Source: Candidatus Thorarchaeota archaeon
GTDB lineage: Archaea > Asgardarchaeota > Thorarchaeia > Thorarchaeales > Thorarchaeaceae
Direction: 5' to 3'
Length of the DNA: 64,000 nt
Assembly: GCA_011364985.1 (NCBI GenBank)
Contig: RDOC01000004.1
Coordinates: forward strand, 1 to 64,000
The notes under the pieces are model-generated. The model ran no database searches, was not told the DNA's origin, and saw only the letters and a list, made by a program, of their open reading frames with translations. Below are positions 9,098 to 19,167 of the stretch, piece after piece (position 1 is the first letter of the stretch; each line of letters begins with the position of its first letter). The translations under genes were made by a program, and so were the position numbers.

Positions 9098-9712
9098 ATG
9101 GATAATGTTGACAAGAAGCTGGTTTCCATTCTTCAGAGAAACGGTCGGAAGACTCTTTCAGAGATTGGGGAGGAATTGGACATGACGCATGTTGCTGTGA
9201 GTAAGCGTTTACACAAGCTAATCAATGACAAGAAGCTTGTTCACATTACAGCAGGTATCAATGCAGAGATGCTGGACATTAAGCTCCTTTTCATGGGCAT
9301 CGAAACAGAAAACATGGAAATTGCAGAACATATCAAGAAGAAGTACAAGAACTGCCCACGGCTTGTTATGCTGGCACCGGTAACCGGCCGATATAATCTC
9401 TTTGCAGTCCTTGTTGTTGAAGACACATGGAGTTTAGAGTCGATTATTGGAACATGTAGCATGAGAACAGAGCCAGGAGTAAGAAAGTCTGAAAGCTGGT
9501 TCGGAAACGCACCAGCAATGCCGCAGTATCTTGGAATCAACCTTGCGCCCGGAGAAGGTGATGAGTCCAAGACTCCATGTGGGAGAAACTGCGGTAGATG
9601 CGTGAGATATAATGAGAATAAGTGTGTTGGATGTCCACCGACTTTGCATTATAAAGGAGCGCTCTGGGCATCACCGCTGACGCGAAGACGCCGGAGAAAG
9701 AGCAAGAGTTAA
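9098..9712 (+). CDS. Lrp/AsnC transcriptional regulator with C-terminal Cys cluster
   Basis: N-terminal HTH (DKKLVSILQRNGRKTLSEIG), VTGRYNL; C-terminal CGRNCGRC...CVGC. Confidence 0.88.
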   Translation: MDNVDKKLVSILQRNGRKTLSEIGEELDMTHVAVSKRLHKLINDKKLVHITAGINAEMLDIKLLFMGIETENMEIAEHIKKKYKNCPRLVMLAPVTGRYNLFAVLVVEDTWSLESIIGTCSMRTEPGVRKSESWFGNAPAMPQYLGINLAPGEGDESKTPCGRNCGRCVRYNENKCVGCPPTLHYKGALWASPLTRRRRRKSKS

Positions 9713-9716
9713 CTCC

Positions 9717-10337
9717 ATGCATATCTTCTTTTACCAAGTGAGCCGTATGAGTGACATATTCGTTCATCCATTGGCTGTGGTCGATGAGGGTGCACAGCTT
9801 GGGAATGGTACAAGAGTCTGGCATTTCGCCCATATTAGGGGCACAGCCAAGATTGGTGACAACTGCAATATTGGGAAGGATGTCTATGTGGACGCAGATG
9901 TGATAATCGGGAACAATGTGAAGATCCAGAATGGCGTTTCTGTATATCACGGTGTGACAATAGAGGATGACGTCTTCTGCGGCCCCCATATGACCTTTAC
10001 GAACGATTTGTACCCACGAGCCTTTGCAGAAGAATGGAAGGTGGCAAAGACGGTAGTCAAGAGGGGCGCATCAATTGGAGCTCATGCCACCATTGTCGGC
10101 AACACAATCCTAGGCGAGTACTGTATGGTCGCTAGTGGTGCAGTGATTACGAAGAACGTTCCAGATCATGGCCTAGTCATGGGCAATCCGGCAAGGCTTG
10201 TTGGCTTCGTCTGCAAATGTGGGAAGCCTCTAAAGGGCAAGCCGACCATAGAGAGGACCTCAGTCACCTTTCAATGTGCTACATGCAACGAGAAGGTGAC
10301 CATTCCCAAGACAGATTATGAATTGAAGGATAGGTAG
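9717..10337 (+). CDS. Hexapeptide-repeat acyltransferase (WbpD-like) with C-terminal Zn ribbon
   Basis: Left-handed beta-helix repeats, FTNDLYPR, GNPAR, CKCG...CATC; likely start is ATG 9747. Confidence 0.88.
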   Translation: MHIFFYQVSRMSDIFVHPLAVVDEGAQLGNGTRVWHFAHIRGTAKIGDNCNIGKDVYVDADVIIGNNVKIQNGVSVYHGVTIEDDVFCGPHMTFTNDLYPRAFAEEWKVAKTVVKRGASIGAHATIVGNTILGEYCMVASGAVITKNVPDHGLVMGNPARLVGFVCKCGKPLKGKPTIERTSVTFQCATCNEKVTIPKTDYELKDR

Positions 10338-10344
10338 AAGCGTT

Positions 10345-12444
10345 TTGTCGCATCTTTACAAGAAGTTCGTCAATGAACGTGCTATCGCACTAGTGTCACA
10401 TATCGATAGAATAAGAAATTGTACCGTTATTGCACACATCGACCATGGTAAGACCACGCTCACAGACTCGCTCATTGCTTCGTCTGGATTGCTTTCAAAG
10501 CATGTCGCAGCCACTGTACGTCTGCTTGATTATGACCAAATAGAGCAGGAGAGGGGCATCACAATCAAGGCATCGAGCATTTCTCTCATTCATCAAGTGG
10601 ACAGGAAAGACTACCTCATTCACCTTATTGATACACCAGGTCACATTGACTTCTCAAGCCATGTTACCAGAGGTCTCCGTCTTACAGATGGTGCAGTAGT
10701 TGTTGTGGATGTGGTCGAAGGGATAATGGTCCAGACAGAAACCGTCACACGTCAGGCTATGAAAGACCGCGTAAAGCCTGTGCTCTTTGTCAATAAGGTA
10801 GACAGGCTAATCACTGAGCGACGGCTCAGCGCAAGAAAAGCTGCTGAAGACATCAACAAGGTTGTGAGAGAATTTAATGCCATGCTGGGTAAGTACTTGG
10901 ATGATGATCTACTAGAGCGGTGGGAAGTGTCCTTCACAATGTCAACCCTCATCATTGGATCTGCCATTGACAAGTGGGCAATTGATATTGGTTGTTTGAA
11001 GGAAAGGACAGGAGGAAGTAATTCTTCTTCAGACCTTGCCAGTGCGTTTCTCGACCTGATGGAAGAGATTGCGGGGATATACTCAAAAGAACGAGAAGAG
11101 GAACTTGCTGAGAAATACCCAGTTGCCAAGGCGATTTTGAATTCGGTTGTAACAACAATACCTGATCCAGCAACAGCTCAAGCATTCCGCGTTCCTAGCT
11201 TTTGGCAGTTGCGAGGAGAGTCCGATGCGGAAAGGAGCATTCTGGAATGTGACCCAAATGGCCCTTGTATTCTTGTGGTGGGGGATGTTCAGCCCGACCG
11301 ACATGCCGGCCTTGTGGCAGCTGCACGCATCTTCTCTGGCATCCTCAAGCGAGGGAAACCACTCAGAAACCTACGAACTGGAAATGTTGGCAAGACCTTA
11401 CAGATAGGCCTGTTCATGTCTAAGTCGAGAATTGCATTGCCTGAGATACCTTCGGGAAATCTTGCATTCATTACCGGGATTCGCGATATTGCTGTAGGAG
11501 ATACCTTGGTGACCCCGGACGCTCCGGAAATATCACCCATGCGAAGGCTGGAATATCCGACTGAACCAGTCGTGACCTATACTGTGGAACCAGAGGTGCT
11601 CTCAGAATTATCATCGATTCAAGAACCACTAATGCAGTACGTTGAATCCGATCCCGCATTGGACTTTGAAATAAATCCCGAAACAGGAGAGATGTTGCTT
11701 TCTGGGGCAGGTGAACTTCATATTGAGATTAGCGTACAGAAGTTGAAACGCCAGGGTATTGGAGTCGTCCTAGGTAAACCTATGGTCCTTCTTAGAGAGC
11801 AGATGCGACGGGACGGAGTTCCATGCAGTGCAGGAAGTGAGGATACTAGTTCCTTCACTGTCAGGGCTTGTGTCAATACAGAGGAGGTCACTCCGGACGA
11901 TTTGGGTATAGTGATCGAATCCGATGTTCAGTCTGCATGTTACCTCATCGACCAGAGCAGCACGTTCGCTTCATCATGTGATGAGCTGGAGTGGATTCGA
12001 GAAGCTTTTAGATATGTCATTAGGTATGGTCCGGTCAAAGGGGAAAGAATGAGAAGGCTTATTCTTCTAATCCAAATGACGAGAATAAGATTTGCGAGTG
12101 CGGAAACATCTTGGCGTGACATAACCCAGCCTCTAATTGAAGCGATGTCCAAGAGTATCGAGTCGGGAGAGCCCCTTCTTCTTGAGCCATGGGTCAAGTT
12201 GGAAATCAGCTCTCCAGAGCAATACGTTGGAGACCTAACCGCAATCTTGGCTAGGAGAAAGGGACGAGTCCAAGAGATTGATTCAGAGCGGATGCTCTAC
12301 AGAATCGAAGCCGAGATACCAGTGAGAGAATCGTTTGGTCTTGCAAATGAGATTCGGACTGCCACTTCAGGATGGGCAACATGGGGTGCGAAAGGCGGGC
12401 TCTATAAAGAAATTGGAGTTGCAGGAGAAGGAGAGAGATACTAG
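10345..12444 (+). CDS. Divergent elongation factor 2 paralog (translational GTPase)
   Basis: IAHIDHGKTT, ERGITI, DTPGH, NKVD, GAGELH; no diphthamide-loop His motif. Confidence 0.9.
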   Translation: MSHLYKKFVNERAIALVSHIDRIRNCTVIAHIDHGKTTLTDSLIASSGLLSKHVAATVRLLDYDQIEQERGITIKASSISLIHQVDRKDYLIHLIDTPGHIDFSSHVTRGLRLTDGAVVVVDVVEGIMVQTETVTRQAMKDRVKPVLFVNKVDRLITERRLSARKAAEDINKVVREFNAMLGKYLDDDLLERWEVSFTMSTLIIGSAIDKWAIDIGCLKERTGGSNSSSDLASAFLDLMEEIAGIYSKEREEELAEKYPVAKAILNSVVTTIPDPATAQAFRVPSFWQLRGESDAERSILECDPNGPCILVVGDVQPDRHAGLVAAARIFSGILKRGKPLRNLRTGNVGKTLQIGLFMSKSRIALPEIPSGNLAFITGIRDIAVGDTLVTPDAPEISPMRRLEYPTEPVVTYTVEPEVLSELSSIQEPLMQYVESDPALDFEINPETGEMLLSGAGELHIEISVQKLKRQGIGVVLGKPMVLLREQMRRDGVPCSAGSEDTSSFTVRACVNTEEVTPDDLGIVIESDVQSACYLIDQSSTFASSCDELEWIREAFRYVIRYGPVKGERMRRLILLIQMTRIRFASAETSWRDITQPLIEAMSKSIESGEPLLLEPWVKLEISSPEQYVGDLTAILARRKGRVQEIDSERMLYRIEAEIPVRESFGLANEIRTATSGWATWGAKGGLYKEIGVAGEGERY

Positions 12445-12447
12445 GCG

Positions 12448-14820
12448 TCATGGGCGAAGGTAGTATCTCAGGTTCATTACCTCGCCCAACATAGAGAGCA
12501 GTCTTCGCTCAATCATGGCCACATCATCCATCATTCTCAAGGCTCTACTGATATTGGAAAAGACCGCATTGAGATACGGCTTGGCCTGGACCATTTCTGA
12601 CTGTTCTACCATCTGAAGATACGCGTCTGCAATCTTCATCAGTCCTAACCAGTCCTCTGCGAGAATGTACTGATACTGGGTTGATGAAACACTCTCTGGC
12701 ATCTCATCGAACTTATCTCTGTCAATTTGTGCCTCATACTGATTCTCTAGGGCGAGGGCGAAACGTAGGAGCACATCCGAAAGCGAAACGCAGGTTGCCT
12801 TTATGAATTCCACAGATTCCAAGAAGTCTGAATCAGCTGCTGCCACATTCTTCAGATCAATCGCTGCGCCGTAGAGTCCTGTAGCAAGACTGCTGTAGTC
12901 TTTATTCTCATAGTATGCCTTGACAGTCTTTGCCAGAGAAGTCTGTCCAGTCCAGTATGCAGCCATGAGTCTGTCAATTGCCCGAACGGTCTCGTCAACA
13001 GGAGAGGTCATTGTTGCAGTTCTACCTAGACCTACAGCATCGAGGTTCATTTTCGCCAATGCCATGGCGGCAATCACTGGTCCGACAGCGGACAGGCCAG
13101 ATTTGTGCGTGGCAAGACGACTTGCCCGTTTTCGAAGAGTGTTCCAAGAGGAATCAACAAGGGGAAGAAGTAGTGAAGCACCATGGATGAATATGGAGTC
13201 GTCTTGTATTCTGGCGTCTGAGAGCATTCTATCGATATCTTCCAGAAGCCGAATGAGCCTGGGGGATATCTCTTCACCGTGGCGAAAAGCGAGCCAGACA
13301 ATATTGTATGTAGCGATTGCCACTTCGGGGAATGCTCTTGAATCAGTTGGAAACAATGGTACAAACTGGACAAGGATCTCTCTTAGCTGTCTATTCACAG
13401 TCTCATCAGGGTGTTCCGCATTCCTGAACTGAGATAGTGCAAAGCCGAGGCGGCTTCCAAGAAGCTCGATTTCTGACACACTGCCCTTTGAGAACAAGTC
13501 CTCTCGTATTTTGATTGCATGCCTAAAGGCATCTGTCCCCTTTTCCCAGAACTCATCTGAATCGGTTGTGAGGCAAACCCATCCAATGGAATTCTCAACG
13601 GCTGCTAGTTCCGTCAGAAGAGGTCGGCCTCTATTCTCTACGTTGGAGATTATTGTTTTTGCCCTTTCCAAGTAATCTAAGCTTCTCTCAGTACTCTCGT
13701 GATTGTTGATGAGTCCATGAGCGAACCCGAGCCCCACAAGAATCTTGAACATATGCATTAATCTGTCATTGGCTAGGTCCACTTCATCCATATACACATC
13801 GAGCCCCTTTCTGAGGCGGTCAATAGCTTCAGAAACCCCCTCACGCCAACCATTTGCCAGAATACTTGAACCAACCACTAGATGTGCTAGGCCCAAGTCG
13901 TCCTTTGTTGCCTTCCCAGTTGCAATCAGTCTTCCGTAGAGGCCAGCGGCCCTGTCACCTAGAGCCCTTGCCTTTTCATAAGGAATCTCGTTATCCCGTG
14001 TGTTGTTCACTGCTAGTTGCAGTACCACGGCAGCAAGCTTTGACTCATCATCTTCGGACCTAGCATAGTCCTCTAGCTCGAGAAGATAGTCGCGGGCTTC
14101 TTTGTACATTCCCAGTTCAGTCAGAACGCAGGCATAATCATGAGTTGCCTCAAAATTCAATGCTTCGTGTTCAGGAAGACTACTAATCTGCATGAGCCGA
14201 TTGAGAAGGAGTTCGGCGCCTACATAGAAGCCTTCCTCGATCAATATTGAAGTTAGATAGTGCACCTCTCCAAGTGCGAGATCCGTAGAGGGAGGATGTC
14301 CACGAGCGTGAATTGCATCAAGCGTCATTAAAATTTCATCACAGAGAAAGGGTAGTAGAGGCCGCATGTTTAGCTTAAATGTCGAAAGCACTGCTTGTGA
14401 GAGCTGACCGAGAATATCAAGAAGAGCAGGTATCGCCTCAATATCCGGTAACAGCTCGGTCTCAGTCCGCCTGAAACCGTTTGTATATCTAGTATCAAGA
14501 AGGTCCAACAGCTCCGGAAGAATGCGGTCTTCACTAAACGCCAAACGAACAGACAACTCTGTGAGTTTTGCATTTGCTAAACCAGGCCTTCTTAGCAATA
14601 TCTCCTCAATTGCGCGTGCCACATCAAAAAGCAGCTCGTCATTACCAGAGGAGCCTATAGCCAAGTTTTGAATCGCTGAAAGACCATCATCAAGAGAAAG
14701 GGATGCACACAAGATGTCCCTTAAAGTCACATTCAGTAGCGACTCCAACTTGACTTCTCCTCTTGCTGATACTAATGCAGTACTATCTCCTTTAAAGTCT
14801 TCACGAGAAAGGGATATCAT
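12448..14820 (-). CDS. Large alpha-solenoid/TPR-like hypothetical protein
   Basis: 790 aa of helical repeats (YACVLTELGMYKEARDYL, ENSIGWVC); 4-bp overlap with the upstream KaiC-like gene. Confidence 0.75.
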   Translation of the reverse strand: MISLSREDFKGDSTALVSARGEVKLESLLNVTLRDILCASLSLDDGLSAIQNLAIGSSGNDELLFDVARAIEEILLRRPGLANAKLTELSVRLAFSEDRILPELLDLLDTRYTNGFRRTETELLPDIEAIPALLDILGQLSQAVLSTFKLNMRPLLPFLCDEILMTLDAIHARGHPPSTDLALGEVHYLTSILIEEGFYVGAELLLNRLMQISSLPEHEALNFEATHDYACVLTELGMYKEARDYLLELEDYARSEDDESKLAAVVLQLAVNNTRDNEIPYEKARALGDRAAGLYGRLIATGKATKDDLGLAHLVVGSSILANGWREGVSEAIDRLRKGLDVYMDEVDLANDRLMHMFKILVGLGFAHGLINNHESTERSLDYLERAKTIISNVENRGRPLLTELAAVENSIGWVCLTTDSDEFWEKGTDAFRHAIKIREDLFSKGSVSEIELLGSRLGFALSQFRNAEHPDETVNRQLREILVQFVPLFPTDSRAFPEVAIATYNIVWLAFRHGEEISPRLIRLLEDIDRMLSDARIQDDSIFIHGASLLLPLVDSSWNTLRKRASRLATHKSGLSAVGPVIAAMALAKMNLDAVGLGRTATMTSPVDETVRAIDRLMAAYWTGQTSLAKTVKAYYENKDYSSLATGLYGAAIDLKNVAAADSDFLESVEFIKATCVSLSDVLLRFALALENQYEAQIDRDKFDEMPESVSSTQYQYILAEDWLGLMKIADAYLQMVEQSEMVQAKPYLNAVFSNISRALRMMDDVAMIERRLLSMLGEVMNLRYYLRP

Positions 14821-15527
14821 TCAATCACGAAGTCGTGCCATGTTCTTGAGGTTTCTGTGCCGCGCATTCTTTCCATTCTCACTTTGTGAATTGGTTCCTC
14901 TTTTGAGTCATCAACCTTGAAACGAAGTACTGCATCGGCTAAGTAGGAAAAGGTTGCATAGGTCTTCTCATCATGCACGCCTTCCTCTAAGACATACATT
15001 ATGCTGTGTGAACTCTGAGTCACTCTTCCACTCAGCCTTTGAACTGCCCGAGGCATAGTTTCGGCATTGGAATGCAGAATCAATGTTGAGAGACTGTCGA
15101 TAACAACACGTGCGACAACGAGATTCAGCAGAACATCCGAGAGGACTATACCTAATTCGCTGATATCATCAACCTTTGCCAGAGACAACGCCGAACCAGA
15201 CTTCGCAGCTCCCATCCGTTCTGAATAGCCATCTATGAACACAAGCTTCCCAGAGTCTTCATATTCGTCAACTGTCCATCCGTGACGACTCATATCGTTC
15301 CGAATTACGCGAGGGGATACATCTGTCGTGATGAAGACGCCTGGAAATCCTAAGCGTAGTCCATCCGCAATGAAGGCCTCAGCATAGGTTGTTTTGCCTG
15401 ACCCAAGAGGCCCTACGAGCATATAGGACACCTGTGTCAACTGACCAAACGTCACCATATCACCAATCATTGGTTTCGCAATGGCAGGTTTGCGCTCATT
15501 GCTACCTGAGGATGGTTGTTCACCCAA
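14817..15527 (-). CDS. KaiC/RAD55-family ATPase (degenerate catalytic motif)
   Basis: Walker A GPLGSGKT, VVIDS, RMRG; the EE pair is replaced by TDV. Confidence 0.88.
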   Translation of the reverse strand: MGEQPSSGSNERKPAIAKPMIGDMVTFGQLTQVSYMLVGPLGSGKTTYAEAFIADGLRLGFPGVFITTDVSPRVIRNDMSRHGWTVDEYEDSGKLVFIDGYSERMGAAKSGSALSLAKVDDISELGIVLSDVLLNLVVARVVIDSLSTLILHSNAETMPRAVQRLSGRVTQSSHSIMYVLEEGVHDEKTYATFSYLADAVLRFKVDDSKEEPIHKVRMERMRGTETSRTWHDFVIE

Positions 15528-15547
15528 TCTCTACGCCTCTCTGCTTC

Positions 15548-16294
15548 CTATGCACCAGGGCTAATTTCACCAGGAAAGACTCGAATGCCATCATCGGTAA
15601 TACGCATTGAGTGAATTCGAGAGCTGTGTTTGGATCCTCTTAGCTTCAAGACCTCAATGGATCGCGTCCGTGATGTCTGGCTTATTTTTTCATTGTACAA
15701 GACTATGACACCAGAGGACAAGAATGCTTCGATGTCAAAGACTCCTAGTCCATCATGCTGCGCAGGTATCTCGCTTGTGAGTATGAGAGTAGCCCCTGTC
15801 CTTGTAATCGCGGCACAGAGCTTGAAGAACTCCTCTCTTAGAATATCACGTGAGCGAAACTTGTATGCCAGTATTGCCAGAGTGTCAATTACAACTCTTT
15901 GAGCCTTCACCTTCTTCATGTGGCTGAGAATGATTGCCTCTAAGCCTGAGAGGTCAAAGCTTGGGTATTCGCCGATCTTAACGGGGGTGATTTCCTTCTG
16001 AGGAGAGAGATCAACAATTGACAGCACACCCTTTTCAATGGCTGAGTCTAGATTTATGCCAAAGCGAAGCATATTCCGTTTTATCAGGTGAGGCGGCTCT
16101 TCTAGGGTAACCAGTACACCCGGTTCGCCATACTCCATTGCACCCTTATACAGGAATTGCGTAGCAAGAATGCTCTTGCCTGTTCCAGCTCTACCTGCAA
16201 CAAGAATCGTATCACCTTTAGGGAACCCACCTTCGACTAGCTCATCAAGTCCGGGAATCCCTGTTTTTACTCGTTCAATCACATAGTCACTCAA
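15548..16294 (-). CDS. Single-domain KaiC-family ATPase
   Basis: TGIPGLDELVEGG, GRAGTGKS, TLEE, VVIDT, KLRG. Confidence 0.93.
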   Translation of the reverse strand: MSDYVIERVKTGIPGLDELVEGGFPKGDTILVAGRAGTGKSILATQFLYKGAMEYGEPGVLVTLEEPPHLIKRNMLRFGINLDSAIEKGVLSIVDLSPQKEITPVKIGEYPSFDLSGLEAIILSHMKKVKAQRVVIDTLAILAYKFRSRDILREEFFKLCAAITRTGATLILTSEIPAQHDGLGVFDIEAFLSSGVIVLYNEKISQTSRTRSIEVLKLRGSKHSSRIHSMRITDDGIRVFPGEISPGA

Positions 16295-16629
16295 CTAGAC
16301 TCACCTCTCTTCATAGCAACCTTGGCTCCGAGAACCATCTTCATGATCATCTCTGGCTCAGGAATACCAGTTACTGCCATGCCACCAATCATTATGGTAG
16401 GCAAAGCGAACACACCATATGCCTCTGCGGCCTCTGGTTCCTTCTTCACGTCAATGAAGCGCAGTTTGAAAACTCCTGGAGCGAAGCCCTCAACCGTGTC
16501 TCTTAGCACTTCTTCGGCTCTTGGACAGAACGCACACGTATCAGATTTGAACATGACAATTTCAACCTTGTCATCCCCCTCTGATTCTTCCTCATCTAGG
16601 GCGTCTTTGCGTTCCACTTCATCGGCCAA
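16291..16629 (-). CDS. Thioredoxin-fold, KaiB-like protein with CxxC
   Basis: CAFC; GVFKLRFIDVKKEPEAAE..VFALPT resembles KaiB; 4-bp overlap with the KaiC-like gene. Confidence 0.8.
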   Translation of the reverse strand: MADEVERKDALDEEESEGDDKVEIVMFKSDTCAFCPRAEEVLRDTVEGFAPGVFKLRFIDVKKEPEAAEAYGVFALPTIMIGGMAVTGIPEPEMIMKMVLGAKVAMKRGESS

Positions 16630-16711
16630 TAGTCTGCGCTCCTAATTAGCAGGTCCAGATTGGTCAAGAGTCGATTGTTCACTTGAATGTTTTTGCTTTC
16701 CTCATCCAGCG

Positions 16712-17107
16712 TCAACTATAGCCAAGAACCCCACGAATCTTTGTGGTTGCCTTCCCAATTGCGCGAGAATGATAACGAACACCTCGCTGCATCACAGCAG
16801 CGATAATGAGAGACTGCTTGCCCTTGGCGGCAATCTTTCTGAAGACAGCCTTTCCTTCTGAGAATCGAATGCTGATATCCTTGAGCTCGCCTAAGGAGAG
16901 TTCCTTTCGCATTCGTTCCACCGGTTCTGCCACAATCCCTGACATTGCAGCAAAGACCTCTCTGTTGGTTGTTGGTGAGGCAGCAGATGCCATAAGAAGT
17001 CCATCATCACGGGCGAGAATTGAGGCGATAAAACCCCCTTCTTTATTCATTTCCTCAAGAATCTCTGGTAATGCTCGATAGTTGGGCCGCTCCATGTTCG
17101 CCACCAC
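16712..17107 (-). CDS. Roadblock/LC7 (MglB-like) domain protein
   Basis: ASILARDDGLLMAS, FAAMS, LGELKDISI pattern. Confidence 0.88.
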   Translation of the reverse strand: MVANMERPNYRALPEILEEMNKEGGFIASILARDDGLLMASAASPTTNREVFAAMSGIVAEPVERMRKELSLGELKDISIRFSEGKAVFRKIAAKGKQSLIIAAVMQRGVRYHSRAIGKATTKIRGVLGYS

Positions 17108-17262
17108 TCTGATAGTAAAGTCAGATTTTGCGCATTCCCTATTAAGTGTAGTGAGATTGCAGCAGAGATTACTTTTTCTGGGTTGCTGTCGCGAGAGAAA
17201 GACAGAAACAAAGGATTGACAGTATGATTTTAAGTGGAGTCGGCCAACTCTCTTGAAGTAGG

Positions 17263-17820
17263 TTGATTTCCATGTCCGCAGAGTACCGATTCAAAGTGGT
17301 CATGCTCGGAGACGGTGCTGTTGGCAAGACCGCCTTGACCACGCGCTTCACCCAGGGCGGTTTTGAGGCGGATTATAAGCGAACCATTGGGAGCGATTTC
17401 GCTATCAAGAAACTGCACCTTGAGGATATGGACACGAATGTGACCCTACAAGTATGGGATCTCGCTGGTCAACCTCGATTCGAGGTGGTGCGGCAAGGGT
17501 TCTATCGAGGATCTAGAGGCGGACTACTAGTCTATGATGTAACTAGGAGACGAACATTCCTCAATATTGACAACTGGAGAGAGGAATGTTCCAAAAATCT
17601 CAACAGAGAGGTTCCTTTAGTTGTTGTAGCAAACAAGGTTGACTTGGCGAATAGCAGAATCGTAAGTCCCGAAGAGGGAAAAAAGTATGCCAATGAACAC
17701 AATTTCCTCTACGTCGAATCAAGTGCTCTGACGGGAGAGAATGTCGAGCAGGCATACTCAACACTCTGCAGAATGATGATTGAAGAGTCAAGAGCAAAGG
17801 TGAGCTCGAACGAAGCATAG
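17263..17820 (+). CDS. Rab-like small GTPase
   Basis: GDGAVGKT, TIGSDF, WDLAGQ, NKVD, ESSAL; no C-terminal Cys. Confidence 0.95.
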   Translation: MISMSAEYRFKVVMLGDGAVGKTALTTRFTQGGFEADYKRTIGSDFAIKKLHLEDMDTNVTLQVWDLAGQPRFEVVRQGFYRGSRGGLLVYDVTRRRTFLNIDNWREECSKNLNREVPLVVVANKVDLANSRIVSPEEGKKYANEHNFLYVESSALTGENVEQAYSTLCRMMIEESRAKVSSNEA

Positions 17821-17822
17821 AC

Positions 17823-18962
17823 TCATGAGCTGCTTCGGATCTTGCCCTTCAAAAGACCCAGTGCGCGCTTGCATTGCCAGTTGGCATAGAACAACCTCTT
17901 GTCTTGAAGAGTTTCTGGATTGTACTGACCAACTAAATCATTGTACTTCCGAACAAGTTCATCATGTCGCGCTTGGTTCGCATCAGCCTCAATCTCGGCT
18001 AGAAGTGCAGTGAAAGGAGCAAGCATTGACTCCAACTCGGTGACCTCCCATCGAATGATGGTACCTGTTCCATCAGCAGTGAGGAATGCATATTCGTCAG
18101 GATACCACTCGATGCCGTCCACTTCACTTTGCACTCGGGCCTCGCCCTCAATGCTGAGGGACTGCATTGACCAGACATAGATCATCTTGTCACTTGAGCC
18201 GGAGGCGAGGTATTTTCCATCGGTACTAAAAGCAAGACACCGGACTTCAGCGGAGTGGCCAAGTAGGACTTGCTCCTTTCGGTAAGAATTTCCATCTGGG
18301 CTCCAGATTAGTATGCTCAAGTCTGATGACCCTGAAACAAGTTTTGAGCCATCAGAAGTAAACTTGACTGAGTGAACGGCTGTACGATGGTCTTTCAATT
18401 CTGCTCGCAAGGTTCCGCTAGTAGCATCCCAGACTCGTATTGAGCCATCAACCTCGCCAGACACAATGGTGCTTCCGTCCGGAGACCAATCGCAGGTAAC
18501 AACATAGAGCGAATGCCCCTTCATATGGTGCAACTTCTTCTGATTGTCAACATCCCAAATGATGAGTGTGGTGTCACCGCTGCCTGAAACAAGCCTGTCT
18601 CCCTCTGGAGAGAACGCTAGGGCCAGAACAGGATATTCGTGACCTTCAAGACTTGCATTCATTGTTCCTGATCGAATATCCCATAACTTCACTATGCGGT
18701 CGACGCCGCCTGACGCAACGATATCACCTCTTGGACTGAACGCTAATGAGGTACACAGAAACTCGTCCTGCATCTTTTGCATTTCTTCGCAATTACGGGC
18801 ATTGTAGAGACGGATACTTCGGTCCTGTAAAGCGGCTGCTAGCATACGACCCACTTTGTTCATGACAAAACGTCTAGTAATCTCGCCTCCCTTCTGTGCT
18901 TCTGGTTTCATTATGGTGGGCTTCAGAAATAGTGATACTTCTTGTTGTTCCATGGGAAACAC
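17823..18962 (-). CDS. WD40-repeat beta-propeller protein with C-terminal helical extension
   Basis: Several GH...SPDG...SGS.D.....WD repeats. Confidence 0.95.
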   Translation of the reverse strand: MFPMEQQEVSLFLKPTIMKPEAQKGGEITRRFVMNKVGRMLAAALQDRSIRLYNARNCEEMQKMQDEFLCTSLAFSPRGDIVASGGVDRIVKLWDIRSGTMNASLEGHEYPVLALAFSPEGDRLVSGSGDTTLIIWDVDNQKKLHHMKGHSLYVVTCDWSPDGSTIVSGEVDGSIRVWDATSGTLRAELKDHRTAVHSVKFTSDGSKLVSGSSDLSILIWSPDGNSYRKEQVLLGHSAEVRCLAFSTDGKYLASGSSDKMIYVWSMQSLSIEGEARVQSEVDGIEWYPDEYAFLTADGTGTIIRWEVTELESMLAPFTALLAEIEADANQARHDELVRKYNDLVGQYNPETLQDKRLFYANWQCKRALGLLKGKIRSSS

Positions 18963-19167
18963 CCGCAGAGGCTCATTCTCAGCCCTTTGGCATTGCGGCG
19001 TTGCTAAAAATGTTGTGAAAGATGCCGTATCCTGTCAGTAAGAACTATATCTTGCTTGGGCTGTGACAACAAGAATAAAGTCAATTCCAATTTGGACCTA
19101 TCTTGTGTGTCGGGCAATCGTTTCATCAGGTCTTTCTTTGATCAACTAGATCCTCTTGAGATAACAC

